From Bdellovibrionales bacterium (GTDB lineage: Bacteria > Bdellovibrionota > Bdellovibrionia > Bdellovibrionales > JAUICD01), in contig OZ253553.1 in the NCBI GenBank assembly GCA_965262715.1, forward strand, positions 528,830 through 592,829: a stretch of 64,000 nt of DNA, given 5' to 3'. Numbering within the stretch: the stretch's first letter is position 1; each line of letters starts with the position of its first letter. A program made the translations under genes and the position numbers. The notes below the pieces were generated by a model. The model was not told the origin of the DNA and ran no database searches. It saw only the letters and a list, made by a program, of their open reading frames with translations. Shown here in pieces: positions 10,048 to 18,980 of the stretch.

Positions 10048-13000
10048 TTAGCTGGATAAGGGAAGTTTTAAAGGAGCAGTTTGATATCCTTGGGCAAAGT
10101 CAGGTCGTCCGCCACCTTTACCATATTTTCTTAATATATCAACTGCATTGTATTTATCTGTGAGATTCTTTGTAATAGCAACCATAAGAGGAGGTTTGTC
10201 TGGATCTTCTCCAGATAGGATCACTATACCTGATTTCATTTTGTTTCTGATTTTATCTGCAATTTGCCTTAAGCATTCTCTGTCATTTGTACGGATTGTT
10301 TTTTTGACTTCTTTAACTTCATTATCTATATCTTTTGATTCTTTAATAATCTTATTAATATCTATATCCATTTCAATTCTTGATACGGTTAGTTTTTGTA
10401 TTTGTTTGTGCAAATCTTTAACTTCTTTTTTCTTTTCATTGATCCAAGTGCTAAGGTTGTTATTGATTTGAGCTTCATTTTTTGCTTCAGCCAGCTCTCT
10501 GTGGCTTTGTGAAAGGACCTCAATGGCTTTTCGTCCGGAGAGAGCTGTGATACGACGGACATTAGCACTTATGCTTTCTTCTGATGTGATTAAAAAGGCT
10601 TGAAGTTCACTTGTGTTTTTCACATGTGTTCCTCCACAAAGTTCCATGGAGGTATCTTCTCCTATTTTCACAACATGCACATTTCCTTCTGGATATTTTT
10701 CGTTGAAAAAAGCAAGAGCCCCCTTTTTTTCAGCATCTTTGAAGCTCATTATGTCTGTTGTAACAGGGAGAGTTTTTATAATTTGGTCATTAACTTGTCT
10801 TTGAATTTGCTTTTTTTGTTGATTTGTAAGAGGTTTTGGATGTGTGAAATCAAATCGCAGATAGTGATCTGTGACCAAAGATCCTTTTTGTTTTGGTTTC
10901 ATCTCCCTTTCTTCTTTTTCTCCTGCAGTGTTTATAATTTTTACCTTTTCTTTTAAAGTATCTCTTAAGATAGTGTGCAATAAGTGTGTAGCTGTGTGAT
11001 GTTTTGTTATCTCCTCTCGTCTTTCTTTGTTAATTTGTAGAAAAACTTTGTCATTAACATTTAAATGAGTTTTTACATCGATAGCATGGTAGTGCACTTC
11101 CTTATATTTTTGACAATCTGTAACTTGAGCTATTAATTTATTTGATGGATCTTTAATTTCACCTTGATCTCCAATCTGTCCTCCAGACTCTGCATAGAAA
11201 GGTGTTTGATCAAAAATAACAAAGCCTTTTTGACCAGGCTTTAGTTCTGTAATTTGTTTTTGGCCATCTGATAAACCTATGACTTGCGCGTCAGTAGATA
11301 AAGTTTTGTATCCTACAAATTTTCCAACATGATTAAGTAATTTTCCAATTGACCGATTGGTAGATTGTTCAATGATATCACTTACAAAACCTCTAAGATG
11401 TTTCTCATCTTCTTGTAAATACTTTGGTTTTGCCCTTGAAAGTTCTTGTGCTTTTCTAAGATGAGTTTCAAAAGCTTTTTCAAATACTTGATCGAACTCT
11501 TGATTAAAGCTTATCTTTTTCATCTTTCTTTTTATGAGATCTTTAGTGTTATCTTTAGAAAAACCGTGTGTTTCAAAGAGTTTAAAGGCAAACTCTCCCA
11601 GTGCTTCTGGTGTGAGAGTTTTAGATTTCATTTTTTGGTCAAGATCATCAAATTCTTTATTGAATATTTCCTCACTATCTTCAAGTTTTTTTTGAAAGGC
11701 CACTTCGATTTCTTCTGCAATTTGGTAAATTCGGCTTAGAATTTGAGACTTTTTGTTAGTTCGTTCTTGCTCTCTTCTTATAATGAGATTGATCTCTTCT
11801 CCTTCTTGGTAGAGAATCTCTTGTTGAATCTCTCTAATGAGAAGGCTCATCAACTTAGCCACATTTTTTTGGACGGGAGAGTCTTCTTGATATTGAAGGC
11901 TTTTTTGTCGATAAAACTCTTCTTGTTTTTGAAATTGATAGTGATAGATAAAAGGATCTGGGTTTTGGGTCATGATAATGTCATATAGGTAATAGCAGTC
12001 ATAAACAAAAAGAACATCAACCAATAGCACTCTTTTTAACTGAAGGAAGTTAAATGAACCAATACCAATTTGTTGAAGACAGTGCCTGACCTTTTTAAAC
12101 AACTTTCTTAAAACATAACCTCTACCTTCATTTGATGGTAATATACCGTCAAGCAATAAAAAAGCTATGCCTCTAGCATGATCTGCTATTTGACAGAGAG
12201 CTATCCGATCTTTTATTTTTCTCTCTTCATCTATCTTTATCTTCTTAGGAGAAAGAAGCCCTCTTTCTTTTTGGAACTCCTCACACACAAAATCTAGAAA
12301 AGCAGTTCTAAGAGAACCATTTTCTGCTCTCTTAAGTATATAATATATCATGTTGAAATGAAGGCTTTTCTGAAATAAATATGATGCGCTTGGAGCTCTC
12401 CACTTATGAGCATCTTCCTCATTGTTTATTTTTTCTTCTTCCTCTTTGATAATTTCTTTTATTTCACTTGACCTTTTATATAAGTCTTCTAGAAATTCCT
12501 TAATTATCTTTTTGGCTATTTCTTCTTCTACTTGCTCTTGTTTGTTTAATTGATAATGTTGGCTTTTAAAGGTTTTCCATACATCTGACTCTAGTTTGCA
12601 ATTTAATACTTTATAAAAAGTATCGATAAATAAGTCAGCTTCAAAATTACTATTTACTCTTTGGGTAACAGCTGTGAGTCTTTCTAACCCAGCCCCTGTA
12701 TCTACACAAGGGTGAGGTAGAGGTAGTCTACTACCATCAGCTTGTTGATCAAATTGCATAAAGACTAAGTTCCAAATCTCTACATCTTGCTGTCCATAAT
12801 GATAAAAGACTTCACTGCAAGGCCCGCAAGGTCCTGTATTAGCCATTTTCCAAAAATTATCACTATCTTTTTTGATAAAATCATATAAAGAACGCTTGAT
12901 ATCATTTTTGTCATTTTCCCAGATTTTTTTCCAAATATTAAAGGAATCCTCATCTTCATTAAAGACTGTCACATACAATCTATTTTTATCGATGCCTAAA

Positions 13001-13347
13001 TACTTTTGGTCAGTTAAAAACTCCCATGCAAATTCAATAGCCTCTTTTTTAAAATAATCTCCAAAGGAAAAATTGCCTAGCATTTCAAAAAAGGTATGGT
13101 GTCTGGGAGTATGACCAACTTGTTCTAAGTCATTAGCTCGAAAACATTTTTGTGCAGACACAGCTCTATTGTAAGGGAGCTTTTTAAGGCCTAAAAATAC
13201 GTCTTTAAATTGATTCATACCTGCATTTGTAAAAAATAGATCTTTACCTTCTGGAGTTAAGGGGGAGCTTTTACAGTGTTTATGACCTCTACTTTCGAAG
13301 TACTCTATAAATTTATAACATGTTTCATTACAGTTAAGGGGTTTCAT
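10048..13347 (-). CDS. alaS: alanine--tRNA ligase with large lineage-specific insertions
   Basis: Signatures FTNAGMNQFKDVFLG, RHHTFFEMLGNFSFGDYFK, TGPCGPCSEVFY, IWNLVFMQF, VDTGAGLERL, ADHARGIAFLLLDGILPSNEGRGYVLRK, editing-domain HTATHLLH and CGGTHV. Start placed at ATG 13347 (MKPLNCNETCYKFIEYF); the ORF extends in frame to 13422, so the start is uncertain. Confidence 0.9.
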   Translation of the reverse strand: MKPLNCNETCYKFIEYFESRGHKHCKSSPLTPEGKDLFFTNAGMNQFKDVFLGLKKLPYNRAVSAQKCFRANDLEQVGHTPRHHTFFEMLGNFSFGDYFKKEAIEFAWEFLTDQKYLGIDKNRLYVTVFNEDEDSFNIWKKIWENDKNDIKRSLYDFIKKDSDNFWKMANTGPCGPCSEVFYHYGQQDVEIWNLVFMQFDQQADGSRLPLPHPCVDTGAGLERLTAVTQRVNSNFEADLFIDTFYKVLNCKLESDVWKTFKSQHYQLNKQEQVEEEIAKKIIKEFLEDLYKRSSEIKEIIKEEEEKINNEEDAHKWRAPSASYLFQKSLHFNMIYYILKRAENGSLRTAFLDFVCEEFQKERGLLSPKKIKIDEERKIKDRIALCQIADHARGIAFLLLDGILPSNEGRGYVLRKLFKKVRHCLQQIGIGSFNFLQLKRVLLVDVLFVYDCYYLYDIIMTQNPDPFIYHYQFQKQEEFYRQKSLQYQEDSPVQKNVAKLMSLLIREIQQEILYQEGEEINLIIRREQERTNKKSQILSRIYQIAEEIEVAFQKKLEDSEEIFNKEFDDLDQKMKSKTLTPEALGEFAFKLFETHGFSKDNTKDLIKRKMKKISFNQEFDQVFEKAFETHLRKAQELSRAKPKYLQEDEKHLRGFVSDIIEQSTNRSIGKLLNHVGKFVGYKTLSTDAQVIGLSDGQKQITELKPGQKGFVIFDQTPFYAESGGQIGDQGEIKDPSNKLIAQVTDCQKYKEVHYHAIDVKTHLNVNDKVFLQINKERREEITKHHTATHLLHTILRDTLKEKVKIINTAGEKEEREMKPKQKGSLVTDHYLRFDFTHPKPLTNQQKKQIQRQVNDQIIKTLPVTTDIMSFKDAEKKGALAFFNEKYPEGNVHVVKIGEDTSMELCGGTHVKNTSELQAFLITSEESISANVRRITALSGRKAIEVLSQSHRELAEAKNEAQINNNLSTWINEKKKEVKDLHKQIQKLTVSRIEMDIDINKIIKESKDIDNEVKEVKKTIRTNDRECLRQIADKIRNKMKSGIVILSGEDPDKPPLMVAITKNLTDKYNAVDILRKYGKGGGRPDFAQGYQTAPLKLPLSS

Positions 13348-13424
13348 AAAGGGGTCCTTATTGGGGAGCATTTTTCTATAGTTAATTTTAATGAAATTCT
13401 TTATTCTTGTCAATCCTATCAATG

Positions 13425-13570
13425 ATTGATTATAGATATAGAAAGGACTTTTGGAAGGAGAAATTCATGATAAAATTTTTAGCAACAGGTTGTTATATAG
13501 GCCTAATTCCTAAGGCTCCATGTACTTTTGGCTGTTTAACTCTCTCGCTTTTTTCTATCATTAGGAAAAT
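13425..13570 (+). repeat. left direct repeat of the defence cassette (decayed copy of the pgpA upstream region and 5' end)
   Basis: attgattatagatata...tttttagcaacaggttgttatataggc.t.attcc.aa.gc.cca.g.acttttgg recurs at 18832-18980, roughly three quarters identical by eye with small indels. Confidence 0.8.
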
Positions 13571-13616
13571 GCTTTCAATAACATTCTTTAATTATTGGCC
13601 TCATTATCATTACTGA
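13467..13616 (+). pseudogene. truncated pgpA 5' fragment
   Basis: Encodes MIKFLATGCYIGLIPKAPCTFG..., matching the first ~25 aa of the intact PgpA at 18858 (MYAVIKFLATGCYIGLIPKAPGTFG), then diverges and stops. None of the downstream PgpA motifs are present. Confidence 0.75.
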
Positions 13617-13702
13617 GTCTTATAGCAGGGCTTTTTTTAGCTTTTTTATATACCCAGTTGTCGGGGGTCATCGAAAATATCTCTTTTGGGTTTGTTTTTA
13701 GG

Positions 13703-15541
13703 CTATAAATCGAATGTTTTTAAAAACCTAGATATTTTTCTCTCTTTTTCATCTCCCCAGGGCATTTTTCTTTTTTTAGGCCAAGTGACATATAAAAATC
13801 GCTTTGACCTAGTGAAGGCCACATACAGATTATTTTCTTCTTGCTTAAGATCAATACCCTTTTTTTGTATAGCTCGATAATCAGGGAATGTTTCATCATC
13901 CATACCTATTAGAAAGACGATATCAAACTCCTGCCCTTTCATTGTGTGAACTGTACTTAATGTAATACCTTTGTGTGGAATTGATTGATGAGTTTGGCCT
14001 AATGCCATTGCATTTTTGAACTGTAGTAATGACTTTGTGTCTGTTGTACTGGCGTATTTATTCCAATGTTTTATCAAATCATCAATGTCATTAAAGATCA
14101 TATTTCTTTCATTTTCTTCGCTATAATCAGTAAGTGTATTTTTAAAACTTTTCAAAAGATATTTTAGATTATTCCCATCATCATCTAAATTTATAACTAA
14201 CTGGATAAGAGCCTTATGTTGTTTATTATTTATAGTTGATATAATTTCTTCCAGTGATTTTTCTTTTGAGATATTTGATTTTAGTTTCTCAAGGAGTTTT
14301 CCTTTATGTAATTTATCTTGAGGATTTAATTTAACTTTAAGTGCAAGGTCAAACATATTGATTAGATCAGATTCAAATTGAACTGAACCTATTCGCATTT
14401 TATAATAAAAAGGTATACCCTTAGATTTTAATTGAGTATTGATTTGATTAAAAAGATATTTATTACGGGCAAGGATAACTATTTTTTCGTAAGTGATTTG
14501 ACCTTCAATATCTGGATGTTTTTGTATAGAGACTAGTTCATTGATTTTATCAATAATCCATAAGGCTTCTTTTTCTTCATCTTCTATGCCTTGCAATTCA
14601 AAGATACCTTGTTTCACTGTGTGAGGTATGTCTTTAGCACTAGGAAATATCTTTTTAGTAGCAGATAAAACCTCTTGAGATGAACGATAGTTTTCTTCTA
14701 GTTCTATGACTTCAGGTTTAAAGTCTTTAATAAAAAACTCGGTCATATATTTTGGTGAAGATCCATTGAAATGAAAAATGGATTGGTTAGGATCTCCAAC
14801 CATCATCACATTGTCGAATTGACCTCCTGTTAGAGCCAGCAAGAATTGATATTGGGCATTATTTAAATCTTGGGCCTCATCAATACAAATTGCATAAAAA
14901 CTACGGCGGTACAAGTCCGCCACATTTGGATATTCAATAAATAGTTTGTATGCTAGAATAAGCAGGTCATCAAAGTCTATACCATTTTGACTGCTTAATA
15001 TATCTTGATAATTTTTATAAAGAAGTATTTTTTCATCATCTTTAGATTGAGAGTCTTCTTCAAGTTTACCCATATTCCTTTTAACTTTGGCTATAAATTT
15101 CAATACTTGGTATAAAAATCTTTTTTTCTTTTTCTCATCTTTATTCCTATAAATATTTTCATAAGATGGGGTTAAATTGATAGCTTGTTCTATTAGCTCT
15201 AATCTATCATTTTCGTTTTCAAATATATGAGGCATTTTTTCTAAGCCAATAAGATATCCATGATTTCTCAATGTTTTTTGACAAAATCCATGGAATGTTC
15301 CTACAAAAACTCTTTTATCTAAAGTAGATATACCATTTAATCTTTCTTTGACTTCTTCTCCCGCTTTATGGGTAAAGGTAAGAGCAAGTATCTGCTTCTT
15401 AGTTTTATCTAATAAAATTCTCACTCGTTCTGTAAGAACTCTTGTCTTTCCACTTCCAGCACTGGCTTTGACACAAATGGGCTTATCCTCAAGGTTGACA
15501 ATACTTTTTTGAGTTTCAGATAATTCAATTTTTGCTGACAT
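13703..15541 (-). CDS. UvrD/PcrA/Rep-like SF1 helicase (GajB-like)
   Basis: Walker A ASAGSGKTRVL, CIDEAQDLN, VGTFHGFC, LEENYRSS, TVHTMKGQEFD, LYVAFTRSK. Its start overlaps the upstream OLD-like gene by 17 nt. Confidence 0.85.
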   Translation of the reverse strand: MSAKIELSETQKSIVNLEDKPICVKASAGSGKTRVLTERVRILLDKTKKQILALTFTHKAGEEVKERLNGISTLDKRVFVGTFHGFCQKTLRNHGYLIGLEKMPHIFENENDRLELIEQAINLTPSYENIYRNKDEKKKKRFLYQVLKFIAKVKRNMGKLEEDSQSKDDEKILLYKNYQDILSSQNGIDFDDLLILAYKLFIEYPNVADLYRRSFYAICIDEAQDLNNAQYQFLLALTGGQFDNVMMVGDPNQSIFHFNGSSPKYMTEFFIKDFKPEVIELEENYRSSQEVLSATKKIFPSAKDIPHTVKQGIFELQGIEDEEKEALWIIDKINELVSIQKHPDIEGQITYEKIVILARNKYLFNQINTQLKSKGIPFYYKMRIGSVQFESDLINMFDLALKVKLNPQDKLHKGKLLEKLKSNISKEKSLEEIISTINNKQHKALIQLVINLDDDGNNLKYLLKSFKNTLTDYSEENERNMIFNDIDDLIKHWNKYASTTDTKSLLQFKNAMALGQTHQSIPHKGITLSTVHTMKGQEFDIVFLIGMDDETFPDYRAIQKKGIDLKQEENNLYVAFTRSKRFLYVTWPKKRKMPWGDEKERKISRFLKTFDL

Positions 15542-18500
15542 TGGTTTTATCCTTATTATTATAGTAATCTTTTATTTTATTAAACAAATTTTCTATTTTT
15601 GGAGGAAGTTTGTTACCTTTTATAATTTCTTTTGCCACTGCCTCTCCCATTCTAATCTTATCATCTTTCATAATTTCAAGAAGTCGTTCATCATCGTAAC
15701 TTTCAACTTCTTCTTTTTTTGCAGCTTTATGTTGTTCATTCTTGCAATGAAGTGATAAATAGGCTTTCTTTATTTGCTCTTGGAAGCCATTAGAAATGAG
15801 TTGCTTTTCAAAATCATTACCATCATCCAAAAAAACAACAAACACTTTTGGATCCTTCTTTATTTTAAGTACCTTGGTTTCAACTTCTCCAACAGTATTT
15901 TGATCTGCATCACTAAAGATAAAGCAAGGTATATTTAGAGATTTAGCAAACTTTATAAAAGGAGCATAATTTTTTCCTCCAACTCCTACAAAGTTTAAAC
16001 CTATATCGGAAGGATGTTTCTGAAAGAACTTTTCTGCAAAGATAGGTAGTGCTCGAGATTCAGTTTTTCCTTCTGAAAAAACAATAAAGTTTGAAAAAAT
16101 AATCTCTCCGTGAGTATGAGTCACATGAACTTCAATTTTGCTTTCATCTTCAGATGATAATCCTGTTACTTTTCCGCAGGTTACTTGATTGCTTTTATAC
16201 AATCCTCTAATTTGCCTTATCTTTGCTTTTGCAGCTACATAGGGAGAGTGGGTTGAAATGATCTTTTGGCCTTCAATAGAATTTATTTGATGATAAAGCT
16301 GTTTTTGAGCGTTTGGATGCAAATGAGCTTCAGGCTCTTCTATTGCAAGAATTGGGAAAAACACATTGTCTTGCTCTTGGAATTTTTTTGTAAGCGATGA
16401 AATAAATGCTTTTAAAGTAAGAAGTGATGACCAACTTCTTGTTCCCATACCATGATATTCCATAGAAAAACTATCTGTTTGTTCACCATAATAAATGGAT
16501 AGCCCTTTATTTAAATCTCTTACCTTTTTTGTAAAAGGTGTGATTTCAACATTGGCTTTGTCGTTACCCATAGTTGAGTTAATTTCTCCTAGTACAATCT
16601 TGATATGTGACAAAATGGCACTGCTATCAACGGCTTTTTCATTAAGTGATTTGATTTGATCTTCAATATCTTTGATGTCTTTTTCAGTATATTCTATTTT
16701 TGAAATCATTTTCCCAAGATAAGAACTTTTAAGCTTTATGTCTTTAAGAATATCTCTTTGAGCATCGATGTAAAAGAAAGGTATTTCATCAAAATAAAAG
16801 CGGATTTTATCCCCATCATCTTTATCAAACCAATTTGTATTCTTGTCTTTAAATTTTGGCCAGCCGTTTATAGAAAATTGTTTTTTTTTAAAACTATTTG
16901 TTATTGGATCGAATTTTATTTTTGTTCTAAATGGGAACTGGTTTCTATTGGAATCATCAGGATCAGGTTTAATATTTGCTGCTTGAAATACAGATACCCA
17001 ATCATCTGTGAAGTTCTCACATATATTCCCTTCATCATCAACAGGGACAATAAGAGTATCTATTATAATTTCCTCTGAAGCAGAGTTTTCTTTTATAAAA
17101 AAATCATCCTGAGAGATAAACTGGTGATTGCCAAAAGCCAATTGCAATGCATATAGAATAGAAGACTTACCAGTATTATTTGCTCCTGTTAAAACAGTGG
17201 TTTTTTCTAAATCTATTTCAATATTTTCAAGCCCTCTAAAACCTCTAATACGAATAGTTTTGATTAAAATATCCTTTGGTTCTTGCTGCTGTATTTTTTC
17301 TTCTTTCTTTTGTTGTTCCTTCTTCTTTTCCTCTTTTTGTTCTTTTGCTTTTTCTGCTTTTATTTCATTGAAAAGTTTTGCCATATCTTGTTTTACTATA
17401 TAGTCATATCTTTTTTCAAACTGGGGATAATGATCTTTTGTAATTTTTAAGATATCTGCTATAAAGCCATTTAACTTATAGAGAGGAAAAATTAATGAAG
17501 ATAGGGCTTCTTTTGCTTGAAGGATCAGGTCTCTTAATTTGTGACCATGCTGTGTATTGGAAAGAGTGATTTTATTTGCTAAAAGAAAAGCTATATCCAA
17601 TGCATATATGGGTAACTTTGAGATAGACCTAAAAGCTTCTTGCTCTTTATTTCTACAAATTTGATAAAATCCTTTTTCATCAAATGATATGGTTTTTTCT
17701 TGAGCTATTTTTCTGAGGGGATCCATAAAAAATTTCTGCTCATAAATTTTTAAAATATGTTTGCCTGTATCAGGAGTAGGTTTTTTATCTGTTGAAGGTA
17801 CTTCGAACTCTTTATCTGTTGAAGAAATGAAACCACATTCTTTAAAAAAGCTTACAGTATTTTCAGAATTGTTCCATATATAAGAAGCTATAAAATCTTT
17901 TCTTTCTTTGAGAAGAGCACGCTGTATATTATAGATGAGATATTTTTCATCCCCATCAGAAAGTTGCCAATTGCTTTCTGATATTATTTTTGTTATAATA
18001 TCTATAAAATATTGATCTCCATTAAAGAGTTTATTAAAGAATGCCTTTTTTGTAGGTTCCGATTGGTTGTTCATATAATCATAATAAGATTGGTTAGTTA
18101 TTAGATTATTATTTGTATTTGCTATAATCCCTTCAATATATTGATCAGCTAGGCCTCTTAAAAGAATCAATCTTGTTACTGAAAGATTATTTTCGACTTG
18201 AAGATTGTGAGTAATATATCTTTCGTCTTTATCAGAAAAGGTCTGTGCTAAATGAGTATTGATTTCTTCAGATCTGTTTGGTTCTTTGAGATGAATATAT
18301 TTATTTTGATAGAGTTTGAAAATAAACTCCCCTGAAATAGGCTTTTTATTGGCTATCAGTTTATCAAGTTCTTTTTTAAGTTGTTGATTATTTTGTAAGC
18401 TTCTTGAGTGTGTTATTTGCATTTTTTTACAGATGAGATCTAAAAATTGCTTTTTTCTAACAACATCATCTCCTTTTAAAACACTCATTAGTTTTTCAAA

Positions 18501-18776
18501 AAAAGATTCTTCACTACTTCTATTGTAATAAGGAGGAAAAGGAAGAAACTCCTGACGAACTCTTGGAATATCTGAAAAAGGCAAAACCCAATCTATATCT
18601 TGGTTGTTAGAAATGCTTAGGTTAGCAATAATAGGCAAAAGCTGATCTTCAAATAAAATATCTTTATGTCCTTGTCCTTCTTCAAGTGCCTTGAAATATT
18701 CAATAAACCTTTGACGTATTTCATCACTGGTTAAATGTTTCATAATTGACCTATTTTGATTAATGCATACTTTCAC
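15525..18776 (-). CDS. OLD-family ATPase + Toprim nuclease (GajA-like) with ~500-aa N-terminal AlaRS-like extension
   Basis: C-terminal ~580 aa carry Walker A GANNTGKSS, ILAIEEPEAHLHPNAQ, ISTHSP, and Toprim FSEGKTE ... FIFSDADQ. A K/E-rich linker lies at about aa 471-503. The N-terminal region is described in findings. Start is GTG 18776 or, more likely, ATG 18743 (MKHLTSDEIRQ). Confidence 0.85.
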   Translation of the reverse strand: MKVCINQNRSIMKHLTSDEIRQRFIEYFKALEEGQGHKDILFEDQLLPIIANLSISNNQDIDWVLPFSDIPRVRQEFLPFPPYYNRSSEESFFEKLMSVLKGDDVVRKKQFLDLICKKMQITHSRSLQNNQQLKKELDKLIANKKPISGEFIFKLYQNKYIHLKEPNRSEEINTHLAQTFSDKDERYITHNLQVENNLSVTRLILLRGLADQYIEGIIANTNNNLITNQSYYDYMNNQSEPTKKAFFNKLFNGDQYFIDIITKIISESNWQLSDGDEKYLIYNIQRALLKERKDFIASYIWNNSENTVSFFKECGFISSTDKEFEVPSTDKKPTPDTGKHILKIYEQKFFMDPLRKIAQEKTISFDEKGFYQICRNKEQEAFRSISKLPIYALDIAFLLANKITLSNTQHGHKLRDLILQAKEALSSLIFPLYKLNGFIADILKITKDHYPQFEKRYDYIVKQDMAKLFNEIKAEKAKEQKEEKKKEQQKKEEKIQQQEPKDILIKTIRIRGFRGLENIEIDLEKTTVLTGANNTGKSSILYALQLAFGNHQFISQDDFFIKENSASEEIIIDTLIVPVDDEGNICENFTDDWVSVFQAANIKPDPDDSNRNQFPFRTKIKFDPITNSFKKKQFSINGWPKFKDKNTNWFDKDDGDKIRFYFDEIPFFYIDAQRDILKDIKLKSSYLGKMISKIEYTEKDIKDIEDQIKSLNEKAVDSSAILSHIKIVLGEINSTMGNDKANVEITPFTKKVRDLNKGLSIYYGEQTDSFSMEYHGMGTRSWSSLLTLKAFISSLTKKFQEQDNVFFPILAIEEPEAHLHPNAQKQLYHQINSIEGQKIISTHSPYVAAKAKIRQIRGLYKSNQVTCGKVTGLSSEDESKIEVHVTHTHGEIIFSNFIVFSEGKTESRALPIFAEKFFQKHPSDIGLNFVGVGGKNYAPFIKFAKSLNIPCFIFSDADQNTVGEVETKVLKIKKDPKVFVVFLDDGNDFEKQLISNGFQEQIKKAYLSLHCKNEQHKAAKKEEVESYDDERLLEIMKDDKIRMGEAVAKEIIKGNKLPPKIENLFNKIKDYYNNKDKTNVSKN

Positions 18777-18831
18777 TATAAAGTGCTTAACTACTTATAA
18801 AGTTTATCAAATTTCTTACTGGTTGTCATTT

Positions 18832-18980
18832 ATTGATTATAGATATAAAAAAGAAACATGTATGCTGTGATAAAGTTTTTAGCAACAGGTTGTTATATAG
18901 GCTTGATTCCAAAAGCCCCAGGCACTTTTGGGACTTTACTTGGTATTCCGCTTTCTTATCTTTTTTTATTGTTAGGAGAA
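18832..18980 (+). repeat. right direct repeat of the defence cassette (functional pgpA upstream region and 5' end)
   Basis: See 13425-13570. Confidence 0.8.

Larger units (their letters stand above)
13571..18831 (-). mobile_element. ~5.3-kb two-gene defence cassette inserted between alaS and pgpA (no integrase or transposase visible)
   Basis: Bounded by the 13425-13570 / 18832-18980 direct repeats. Interrupts an otherwise divergent alaS-pgpA pair. Contains only the OLD-like and UvrD-like genes. Confidence 0.6.

Noticed and set aside
10148-13057. Multiple 60-118-aa plus-strand ORFs inside alaS, and similar antisense ORFs inside the OLD-like, subtilase, dnaK and large secreted-protein genes
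   Set aside because: They are antisense to strongly supported long CDS and have low-complexity, Phe/Leu/Ile-rich translations typical of AT-rich antisense frames. They have no SD motifs.
13407-13616. 69-aa plus-strand ORF called as an independent gene
   Set aside because: From codon 21 it is a copy of the PgpA N-terminus that then diverges and terminates. It is better explained as a truncated duplicate (pseudogene) created with the cassette's left direct repeat.
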